Positions 49,169-64,000 of a DNA stretch of 64,000 bases are shown here, one piece after another (position 1 is the stretch's first letter; every line of letters starts with the position of its first letter). Location of the stretch: NCBI RefSeq assembly GCF_009914755.1, contig NC_060928.1; one strand, given 5' to 3'. The position numbers were made by a program, and so were the translations under genes. The notes below the pieces were generated by a model. It had not been told where the DNA came from. It saw nothing but the letters and a program-made list of their open reading frames with translations, and ran no database searches. The stretch comes from the human T2T-CHM13v2.0 reference genome, Homo sapiens.

Positions 49169-51107
49169 GATTATAATCTTTTCTTACCTCAGAACTATTA
49201 AGAAAACTCAATATTTCAGTTTTAATATATTGCAGAACTTTGGAAAGGAAAACTCACAGCAAAGACACAGACAGAAAATGTGTGCCATTACATCTATCCA
49301 ATACATTGATTGCATTTTTACTTTATGGCCAAAAATACCTCCAAGTACAAGAATATTAAGCCTGAATCCTTGGCATGTTTATGTTTTTCTTATACCCAAT
49401 CTCTGCTTCCTGATGCTATACTTACATGATAGCCAATGCTGTTAAATTATTTTTTAATATAACAACAAAGCTTGGAAATGTTTAGGAAAGCTGCCTTGTT
49501 GAGTTTCCCTCCCTGGACTGAACACAACTATTGTAGTTTAGTTAAGTGCTATTGATCACGATTCACTCTCTATTGATTTATGCTAGAATACAGTCCCTAT
49601 AATCCACTCAGAATTAGCCCAGTCCGTTTGAAACTCTCTCAATCATTTGTGTCTTTGCCTGCAACATTATCTTGTAGAATCATCTTTCTTTTCTAAATCT
49701 TCTAGAGTCTAGTTAGAAGACTATACATTACAGGTGTTCATAAAATATTTGTTGCACTAAATTGAAAAGTGAAAATACCACTGTTTCGGATGTGAAAAAT
49801 AAAAATTCTTTATTTCTACACAAGCTCTTTCATTAAGCTCCTCACTGAATAATGTCTTCTCTGCTTTCACTTGCTAATATCTTGCTTTTCCTTACTTTAT
49901 CATCTATCATATTAGCTTGAGATAAAATCACCTGTAACCTGGTGGGATATTAAAATTGCACAGGATTGAGATTAATTTCTTAAATACTTTAGACCTAATT
50001 CCTCCTGACCAAATCAAGGGGGTTATAGCAGAAATCCATAGCAGAAAATAAAATTAGGGCCACTCCACTTACTCACAAAAAGAATCATGATATAGACATA
50101 TAACTTTACATAATTTATAGATATATTTATTGGTATAAAATAATACAAACTCAGCAAAGGAGACATTATTTCACTCAAGCAATTATTTTACTCTAATAAA
50201 TAATTTCAGAATTACATAAAATTCATAGTTAAGAAAAACATAGCAAATAATTAGGATTTAACTTCTATATAGAAATGAATGAGCTCAAATATTAATTTAA
50301 TTTTAGATATTAAAGAAATTTTGTATGGAAACTTTAGAAACATAAAATTTGACCTCATAATAATTCTCACTGGAATGTGTTTAAAGTAGTAACTTTATAG
50401 TCCTATAGTGCTATTGATAACATTTTGGATATTCAGGTTGGTGAACACCATTTTTTCCCAGTTTTAATAAGATTTCCTAAAACTGTAGCAGTGTATTGTT
50501 TCTTTAAACTTTGAGTTAAATGTCTTTCTGTGACTGCTTGAATAGTTTATATTATTAACATCTAATTGTTTTATAATAATATGTATTAGAATGTATCATT
50601 TTATATAAAGAGATCTTACAATAATCTATTAATAGTATTGCATCACAGTAGAGTAGAAAAAGAGCTTAAAAGTCTGTATTATTGATTTCAATATCTACAT
50701 TCTGCTGTTATGAGGAAACCTGAGCCACAGGTAAATTATGTAACTTGCTCAAATATAGATTTCAGATTCAAATCAGATCCTTGCTGACATTTTATATTTT
50801 ACATCACTTAAAAAAAGTGATAAAGCCATAATCTGAAAAAATAAAGAAGATAGAAGGAATAATATTTTAAAATTTACACAAACCTTAGATTTAGTAGCTT
50901 ATTAAATTGGACAATTTTTGTTAGGTAATGGGAAAAAAATAGATACATGAACAAAAATGAGAAAGTTTTATAATCAACATTTATGTAACTATATTATAAA
51001 GTAAATTATATTTGGATAACTATGAAATTTTTGATTACACAAAGTGTGAGTCTGATTACCTCTTGTATTTTTAACTCCCACATAAAGTAATATCTATGAA
51101 TAGTTAA

Positions 51108-51247
51108 CCCATTTATGCTGGAGGTTGCAATTTTTTGAATTTTTGCGTGAGTGGAAAATCAGACCTTAGCGATGACCTTGAGCAGTAGGATATAAATAAC
51201 TCTCACATGCTTAGCGTTTCGATAATGGAACAGTAGGTATAAGTGGG
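51108..51247 (-). mobile_element. MER85 (piggyBac/PGBD3-derived MITE)
   Basis: 140 bp. TIRs cccatttatgc... and ...gtataagtggg. TTAA at 51104-51107 (other side decayed to taaa). Internal sequence matches the recalled MER85 consensus. Confidence 0.9.
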
Positions 51248-52100
51248 TAAATGTCAGGTTTTTAAACTCTGAATTCTTAAAGTTAATTCTTAAAGTGAAT
51301 TCACAGTTTAAAAACTGATTGATAGCTCAATCAAAGTTTAGAATCTGATGGAAGAAATCTTACAACATATATATGCCTTTAGAGTTTATGTAGTTTTTTA
51401 TAAAACAATGCTACATTATTTTTGCTGTGGATAGTTCTAAAACTCATTACAGGGTTTCACAAACTCACAAGAAAAGCTATTTATAGAAATTTTGAGCAGA
51501 AAAACTTTATTACTATAGAGTGAGCTGATGTTTTCCTAATGTTAAAATGAGAAGTTACATGTTTTTGTTTGTTGGTTCCATTTGTCTTGATTTTGGACCT
51601 TGTTTTAAAATGGGGTTGGCAACAGTTTGACCCTGTATTTTGTTAGCAGAGCTAAACAAGCTTGAGGTTATCACTGAAAACTTAGGATAACTTGGCAGGA
51701 CTCAAGCAATAAAGAGAAAAATTGAGTATAGAGGTAAAATAGAAGAAACATATAAAAATAGAGAAAATGAAACTGTGTTACATTAGTGGTGGAATAGAAT
51801 AAATTCTGCATCAGTCATATAAGTTACTAATTCTGATACAACACTTAAAAAATCAGCAGGTAGTATATGCAGACAGTAATTTTTCTTTTTTTTTTATTAT
51901 ACTTTAAGTTTTAGGGTACATGTGCACATCGTGCAGGTTAGTTACATATGTATACATGTGCCATGCTGGTGCGCTGCACCCACTAACTCGTCATCTAGCA
52001 TTAGGTATATCTCCCGATGCTATCCCTCCCCCCTCCCCCCACCCCACAACAGTCCCCAGAGTGTGATAGTCCCCTTCCTGTGTCTATGTGATCTCATAGT

Positions 52101-55941
<3,841 letters not shown>

Positions 55942-55989
55942 TTATTTTGCTCGTTAGTTGATGCAGTTTCTTCCTAGTCTCGATGGTCT

Positions 55990-57003
55990 TTACATTTAGG
56001 CATGATTTTGCAGTGGCTGGTACCGGTTGTTCCTTTCCATGTTTAGTGCTTCCTTCAGGAACTCTTGTAAGGCAGGCCTGGTGGTGACAAAATCTCTCAG
56101 CATTTGCTTGTCTGTAAAGTATTTTATTTCTCCTTCACTTATGAAGCTTAGTTTGGCTGGATATGAAATTCTGGGTTGAAAATTCTTTTCTTTAAGAATG
56201 TTGAATATTGGCCCCTACTCTCTTCTGGCTTGTAGGGTTTCTGCCGAGAGATCAGCTGTTAGTCTGATGGGCTTCCCTTTGAGGGTGACCCGACCTTTCT
56301 CTCTGGCTGCCCTTAACATTTTTTCCTTCATTTCAACTTTGGTGAATCTGACAATTATGTGTCTTGGAGTTGCTCTTCTCGAGGAGTATCTTTGTGGTGT
56401 TCTCTGTATTTCCTGAATCTGAACATTGGCCTGCCTTGCCAGATTGGGGAAGTTCTCCTGGATAATATCCTGCAGAGTGTTTTCCAACTTGGTTCCATTC
56501 TCCCCATCACTTTCAGGTACACCAATCAGACGTAGATTTGGTCTTTTCACATAGTCCCATATTTCTTGGAGGCTTTGCTCATTTCTTTTTATTCTTTTTT
56601 CTCTAAACTTCCCTTCTTGCTTCATTTCATTCATTTCATCTTCCATCACTGACACCCTTTCTTCCAGTTGATCGCATCGGCTCCTGAGGCTTCTGCATTC
56701 TTCACGTAGTTCTTGAGCCTTGGTTTTCAGCTCCATCAGCTCCTTTAAGCACTTCTCTGTATTGGTTATTCTAGTTATACCTTCTTCTAAATTTTTTTCA
56801 AAGTTTTCAACTTCTTTGCCTTTGGTTTGAATGTCCTCCCGTAGCTCAGAGTAATTTGATCATCTGAAGCCTTCTCTCAGCTCGTCAAAGTCATTCTCCA
56901 TCCAGCTTTGTTCCGTTGCTGGTGAGGAACTGCGTTCCTTTGGAGGAGGAGAGGCACTCTGCTTTTTAGAGTTTCCAGTTTTTCTTTTCTGTTTTTTCCC
57001 CAA
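55990..57003 (-). pseudogene. L1 ORF1 (RNA-binding protein), disrupted
   Basis: Start codon reads TTG instead of ATG (57003-57001). Premature TAG at 56217-56215 (ARRE* in place of ARREW). Confidence 0.93.
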
Positions 57004-57910
57004 CTTTGTGGTTTTATCTACTTTTGGTCTTTGATGATGGTGATATACAGATGGACTTCTGGTGTGGAAGTCCTTTCTGTTTGTTAGTTTTCCTTCTAAC
57101 AGAGAGGACCCTCAGCTGCAGGTCTGTTGGAGTACCCTGCCGTGTGAGATGTCAGTGTGCCCCTGCTGGGGGGTGCCTCCCAGTTAGGCTGCTCGGGGGT
57201 CAGGGGTCAGGGACCCACTTGAGGAGGCAGTCTGCCTGTTCTCAGATCTCCAGCTGCGTGCTGGGAGAACCACTGCTCTCTTCAAAGCTGTCAGACAGGG
57301 ACATTTAAGTCTGCAGAGATTACTGCTGTCTTTTTGTTTGTCTGTGTCCTGCCCCCAGAGGTGGAGCCTACAGAGGCAGGCAGGCCTCCTTGAGCTGTGG
57401 TGGGCTCCACCCAGTTCGAGCTTCCCGGCTGCTTTGTTTACCTAAGGAAGCCTGGGCAATGGCGGGCGCCCCTCCCCCAGCCTGGCTGCCGCCTTGCAGT
57501 TTGATCTCAGACTGCTGTGCTAGCAATCAGGGAGACTCCGTGGGCGTAGGACCCTCCGAGCCAGGTGCGGGATATAATCTCCTGGTGCGCCGTTTTTTAA
57601 GCCCGTCGGAAAAGCGCAGTATTCCGGTAGGAGTGACCCGATTTTCCAGGTCCCGTCTGTAACCCCTTTCTTTGACTCAGAAAGGGAACTCCCTGACCCC
57701 TTGCGCTTCCCAAGTGAGGCAATGCCTTGCCCTGCTTCGGCTCACGCACGGTGCGCGCACCCACTGACCTGCGCCCACTGTCTGGCACTCCCTAGTGAGA
57801 TGAACCCGGTACCTCAGATGGAAATGCAGAAATCACCCGTCTTCTGCGTCGCTCAAGCTGGGAGCTGTAGACCAGAGTTGTTCCTATTTGGCCATCTTGG
57901 CTCCTCCCCC
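57004..57910. promoter_or_regulatory. L1 5'UTR with sense (minus) and antisense (plus) promoters; most CpG-rich segment of the window
   Basis: YY1 motif AAGATGGCC intact near the 5' end (about 57890-57898). Many CpGs retained. Confidence 0.75.
57459..57662 (+). CDS. L1 ORF0 (antisense 5'UTR ORF), 67 aa
   Basis: MAGAPPPAWLPPCSLISDCCASNQGDSVGVGPSEPGAGYNLLVRRFLSPSEKRSIPVGVTRFSRSRL matches primate L1 ORF0. ATG is in good context (gcaATGg). Expression from this copy is unknown. Confidence 0.7.
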   Translation: MAGAPPPAWLPPCSLISDCCASNQGDSVGVGPSEPGAGYNLLVRRFLSPSEKRSIPVGVTRFSRSRL

Positions 57911-58449
57911 CAGTAATTTTTCTAAGTAAACTTGTTGTAAAATCAAATTTTGGATTAGAAACCTGAAAGAAGTTATTATACACTACACTACAGTTTCCTC
58001 TAAGATATTTTTAACCTAATGGAATGACATAATTATCAAAAGTCCCTCAATAAAATACCCAAGAGTTTCTTAATTTGCAGATTTTTCTGGAAGTGAGAAA
58101 TGTATGCAAGACAAGTCCTGAAATATAAATTACATGTAGATACCAAGAAGATCAGTACCATGAGATCATCTGCCTTAGGAAACCCCACACAGAAAAGAAG
58201 GTTTTCATTGATCAAACAGAACTTAAGAATAGTTGAATCTGGGTAATCAGTCATCATACTATTCACTAATGTACATATTTATAGAAGACCCACACAGAGA
58301 GCTCATTAATCAAGTGATTCTATAAATTAGCTGAGACCACGATATCCAGGTCATCAAACATGAATCACCATTCAAGTAATAAGGGTGCCAACAACTTTGT
58401 CCTTAATTGAGACTTTTGCAAACATCCTCATTACTACTACCTAGTAATC

Positions 58450-58930
58450 AGGAAAAGTAAAAAGGAATTCAAGAAGGATGAAGTCTCCACACACAGTCTC
58501 ATAGCCATAGAATCTGCTTGTTGTAAAGGGCTCCACTTTCCTAGATGTGTAAGAAGGATGAAATGCAGCAAGAGATCCAAGCTCGTGGTGAATGGTGAGC
58601 TGAAGTGAGATACTGGAAACAGGATGGTGACAGAAATGACACAAGGGCATACAGGAGCCCAACTTCAACAGGTGCTGCACAAGAATGCTGGGAAACATAA
58701 GCAGATGGACCATATGGACATGTACCCATCAGGAGGAAGTGGGTGACTCTGAACAATGGTGCTGGATGGGTTATGAGGCGGAGAGGCATTGCGGCATACA
58801 GCGACAGGTCCTGCAAACTGTGGCTACAGCCACAAACCAAAGGACGGTCTTCACATGTATACAGTGTGGAAAGAACTACTGCTACACATCACTGACTCTA
58901 GGCACACCCACACCCCTGGCGAGGAGTGCA
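58450..58930 (+). mobile_element. Probable L4 (RTE-X clade) LINE fossil, C-terminal RT region
   Basis: Decayed translation LHFPRCVRRMKCSKRSKLVVNGELK* resembles the RTE motif LRWxGHVxRMxxxRxPKxLLYGEL. It is followed by FTCIQCGK, a terminal zinc-finger-like motif. Confidence 0.6.
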
Positions 58931-59124
58931 GTTTGTACTGTTAACTGCTAATTAAGAGCTAATGATGACAGCTGTTGGATAACACCTTAAATCAATGGAA
59001 GTAGCTGTTTTACTGGAAATTGATTAAAAATGGAAATGACTATTTCAACAATTTTTGGCCTAAAGAATTGTATATTTTGAAAACACCAGTTAGTTGTAAG
59101 AAGAAAACTTTTTTTCTTATATAG

Positions 59125-59505
<381 letters not shown>

Positions 59506-62500
59506 TAAACTATTAGTAACTCTCCATGACACTGAGTTTGCTGCTGAGTTTCCTGACATAGCATCAGAGATAATATTTGGTTTTAAACACTGAACAAAAT
59601 TAGAAAGCTGCTCAAGAGGTCAACACTAGGGTGTCAACACATTGCCTTGGAGAAAGAAAACAATGAACTCTGGAAGCTTTTTAAAAAGAAGAGTTGTAAA
59701 ACAATGCCAGTCCCTTGGGATGATTATGAGCTTGGGAAGAAAAATGTGGTTAGAGCTAAATGTTGAAGGTTTTTAAGAAAAAGGAAATAAAAGAACTTTT
59801 AGATTTAAAAAATGTATTTATTTTGGGTCTCACTTTTTTCCTGGGTTTCACTGAGTTTTTTTTTTTTAGGTAAAACATGCATATATGTTGGGTTTCACTA
59901 ATTTTTCTTGATAGTTATTGTATTAAGTAAGATAAATGGGCCTACATTATAGCATAACAAGATTCATATAAAGGGTAGGAAACAGCATTTTGACTCTGGT
60001 GCATTCAAATCTCTTGAACATGGCTAGTTCAAAAAGAGAAGCACATGGAAGTCAGGTAAAGAGAAGGGATTCAATAAATATTTGCTGAATGAAGAAACAG
60101 CCTAGACACAATTCAAAAGTATTACACAGACTGGGGACATGATTTCTCAATGGAAACTAATTAGAAGAGCTGAAGGAAAATGGGCCTTTAAATCTTGGCT
60201 TTCTAAGGTGCTCCAGACTGAGGAACCATTAATCTCTGACTACTTTTGCTTTCTTTTATCTTTCTTTGAGAACAGCTGGCCTTGTCTGCCTTTTCCCATT
60301 CAAAGACGCCAGAAAGAAAAACTTTGTTGTTAGTTTACCTCATTTCTTCCTTTGACCGGGTTACCACAGTGTTTAATCCCCTCCTCCAGCAACTCCATGT
60401 TTCTTTACATTGGAGAGGACACAGAAGCTGTCCCTGCCAGGTTAGTCCTTGGGGATGGGGCAGAATGTGCACTGCCTTGGTATGGGAGGCATGTGACATG
60501 GTATTCAAGGAATCATATACCACCATAAAACAATGTAAGTCTAGGTGCTGGTGTTAGATGCACTATAGCTGGGACAGCCAGCAGCAATGGGTAGAGCAAG
60601 TGCTCGCATGCAGAAGTATGTATGGGGGTATGCCTTTAAGAATATGTCAAAAAGTGTGGTGTCTCACTGATCACAATGTTGTCTACAGAAAAGAGAAGGT
60701 TGAAAAGTATGTGTGTGGAAGACACAGTTTTGTAGATATGACATGGTTTTGTAGATGGGATACAGTTTTGGTCAGATTATTTAACTGATAGTAATTGTGA
60801 GTTCTTGGATGTTAGTTATAGAATGTTAGATATAGGTAAATTTTGGTTTCAACAGAGCTGGACAATAAACACATTCCCTACCAAGCTACTGAGAGCCACA
60901 GCAATTCTAAAGTAAAAATAAGAGAGCATAATTATTCACATATAGGGTCTTTCTTGAGGACCATGCACTGATAAATGGAGAGATTCCCACACAAACAGAT
61001 CATCAGCATAATAAATAATTTAAAATCACTTAAGACCATTTTATCTACCACTTGTCCCAGTAAAAATGATGGGGCCTAGGCAATCTTTCAAAGTGTCTTC
61101 TAGTCTTAAAGGTTTCTGATATCATTCAATATTAAAAGGGTTAGTCTCCAGAAGGCTGTCTGGGTCTTACAGAGAACACAAATGAGTCCTAATGGGCTAT
61201 GGTTATGACATTTTTGGCCAGATCCACACCAGCAAAATTAAGCAGAAACTTAAATAATGTATTTATTAAGGTAATAAAGCTAAGCACTTTGGGTTAAACG
61301 ATCAACTGGACATTTCTTTTGATCTCAATATGATGCTGAATTCCTCTAATACTTGTATACAGACTCAATGTAATTATAAATACAAATACTATCTCAATTT
61401 ATGAAATCCCAGAGGCAAGATGAAACCCATATCATTGTTATGATTTGAATTGGAGAACTGTTTTCTAAGAACTGATATTATTATTTCATTTTATCAAAAA
61501 TAAATTACAAACTACAAGGTAACACTGACAGGAACTCTGTTTATACATTAATGTTTACATAGATTAATAGCAATGATCCTGAACCAATACTTAGTACAGT
61601 TGAGTGCCAAATTCAGGTGAGAAAGACCACTTATTAAAACCCTTCTCATGATTACGTTCCTTGGCAGATGAACTGCATATAGTAAGGTGCTGGTATTCTC
61701 CTAATTTTATTTGGTTATTTAAAGATTCAGTTTCTCCAGTGGACAATGAACAAGTTTTCTTAGTCTTGCTCAAGGGAAGAATGTGAAAATTCATATGAAA
61801 CATTTAGCTTAGCTTAAAGAGCTAATGAATCCAAAACACAAAGATAATGCTTCCTGAATCAGTGGGAAAGCTAAATGGCATATCTATTTATTTGGCTAAA
61901 AAAAAAGAATATTTTTATCTAATATGACTGGTATCAATGATTCATAAAACTACTTCAGTTCAAATTTTAGCTTAAGTGCAAAGAGTGAGATGAATAGACC
62001 TACTAAATAAAATTCTTGACACAGCTATCTACCTTTCCACTGTAAAAAATGACTGACTACCTCTAGCAGAGTTAGGTCAGTGTGCTTAGTTATATAAATA
62101 GAGAGTACACTTTAACAGCATCAGCTGTTCTATTCAAACAAAAAGGAAAAAGTCAGCAGAGCTGACTGGCAAGTTGTGATCTACAGCCATTTTTATTTCC
62201 TAAATTGACCCCACGTCTCCTTGACCTGAGAATTTCCAAATCCTTTATTCTAAAATATGAATACAACTTTACAAGACTTTATTGTATTAACACTACCTTT
62301 AGAATTAAAGCTTATGGTGATACTATTAGGTCAGTAATCTTTTCAGATGAGGTTTAATTAATTTATGGATCATTGCTCCCAATTTATATTTCTTTTCCTT
62401 TAATATTTCTGTTTCAAATATCCTACTGTTACCGCTGTTTGTCAGAATATCTTCTAGACAACTGGTCTATAGAGACTGTAGTTATATATAATGAATTACA

Positions 62501-63202
62501 AAAACAACATAAAACTGCAAATGCAATTGATACAAAAGTAATACTTCTAAAACAGTGATGTGGCCAAAGGAGGTGACCTAACTGCAAATGTGTGTTCAGT
62601 ATGTGTGTGCAGGGGCACTGAGAAGATGTCTGTAGAAACACTACCAATGACTCATACATGTAGCTAAAAGAACCTTGGCAACCAAAGTGAATGGAGGTCA
62701 AGAATACCTTTGGAATGTACACAAAAAGCTAGGATAAAAAGGCGGCCAAATAGAAAATTCTACTGATACTTATTTGAGATGACTAAAAGTTAAAAAGTTA
62801 TTTTTATACTGTATCCTTGAATATAAATTGTTTTCCAGATAGGTTTTATGAATGTACCCAATGTGTATACATTTTATATTACTTTTTGACTGACAAATTT
62901 ACAATTTGTTATGTTCCTATAACTAGTAACTCATTATTAGTTGTCATTACTGCAATGTGCTAGAATATGCTACATGTCTACAGTTCAAAATATATAAAAG
63001 AATATGTAGGAAAAATGACAAAAGTAACATATTGTTGAAATAATTATGTACTTATAAAAATATTTTTTACTCATAAATAAAATATTTTTGTGCTTTAGGA
63101 TAGGCCTACTTCCTAAACTTATTAGTTATTTGAAGCACTTTTTTTTTCATATATATATGTGAAGCTCTGAGGTAGGATTTTCCATTTCTGGTTAAATCAT
63201 AC

Positions 63203-63251
63203 CTTTCACATCTTCATCCTCAATTGTTGTATTTGAACTCTCAGTTGACTC
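63203..63251 (-). CDS. CAMK2D: CaMKII delta linker exon (ESTESSNTTIEDEDVK)
   Basis: 49 nt. Acceptor ttttcttctcatcag|GAG, donor AAAG|GTATGA. Phase 1 joins G+CA to give Ala at the 28350 exon. Confidence 0.97.
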
Positions 63252-64000
63252 CTGATGAGAAGAAAACACATTTTTAGGTTGCACGCAATGAATAGCTTGA
63301 TTTCCTCCTTAAAAATTGGCTAGTGACATACATATCATGCAAAATTCTTCAGCAGGCTATGTGCATATGCTGACATGCAAATGGACAAACACATTAAGTG
63401 GTTTTTAACAGAAATAAAATGTCTGATGCTGCAAACATTTCAAACGGAGTACTCTGGTTGCCTAATCTCCGAAGCTGTATAAATCCAGGTGATTTGTAGA
63501 AGCAGCGGAAGTATGCAGTTTATTTTAGAAACTGTGTAAGGATGTGTTTTGTGTTACAGTGCCCTATAAGGTTTGCTTTTTCTGTGTGTCTACAAGCAAT
63601 TGAATATGTTAGCCGAATGAATTTGATACTTAAAATAGAAAAAATTTCTATTCCCAATTAATTAATCAATAAAGAGTACCTTCTTTGCGTCAGGCACTAT
63701 GTTAAGGCCTGTATGCCTTACACCTTTATAGGGAGAGAAAGCATTTCACCGCATCATTTAATGAAGAAGCTAAGGGGGTTAAGCTGAGATATGCTGAAAG
63801 TACTTTTGAGAAGAATTTTCATGTTTGTCCTCAGCACAATGGAATTATAATGAATAATTTACTTTCAAGGACAATTAGACTTTTTTCATTCTTTTCAAAA
63901 ATAGCAACTGGCTGTTATTGATAAGAAACCTACTCCATAATAAAAAGACAAAGCTCTTTCTTTGTAAAACTACAAATTAAGTGGAAGATTGTTAAGCACA

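Noticed and set aside
60139-60788. Cluster of overlapping ORFs in a GC-richer patch
   Set aside because: No coherent protein homology or exon structure. Probably a decayed DNA transposon that I could not assign.

Overview
Primate (almost certainly human) genomic DNA containing the 3' end of CAMK2D (CaMKII delta) on the minus strand. It includes the linker exon (63203-63251), a 34.9-kb intron, three hub/association-domain exons (28275-28350, 22903-22997, 20091-20319), the delta-specific alternative C-terminal exon (18486-18581) and the terminal 3'UTR exon (17275 down to about 15170 or 13790). Bases 1 to about 13.8 kb look intergenic. The rest is mostly transposon-derived: a full-length but inactivated L1PA2-like LINE-1 (51887-57910, sense to the gene, 13-bp TSD, near-intact ORF0), about 20 Alus, an LTR8-family LTR, an MST/MLT1 LTR, a MER85 piggyBac MITE, L2/MIR/old L1 fossils, a probable L4 (RTE-X) fossil and microsatellites. 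I see no wholly new gene system. The most interesting hypotheses concern RNA processing of the hub exons: an Alu-bracketed 171-nt stop-free two-exon unit that could circularise, a three-way C-terminus switch, and a sense L1 lying between the kinase and hub exons. A GATA-rich candidate enhancer is also noted. Repeat subfamily calls are from recalled consensus sequences and repeat boundaries are approximate.
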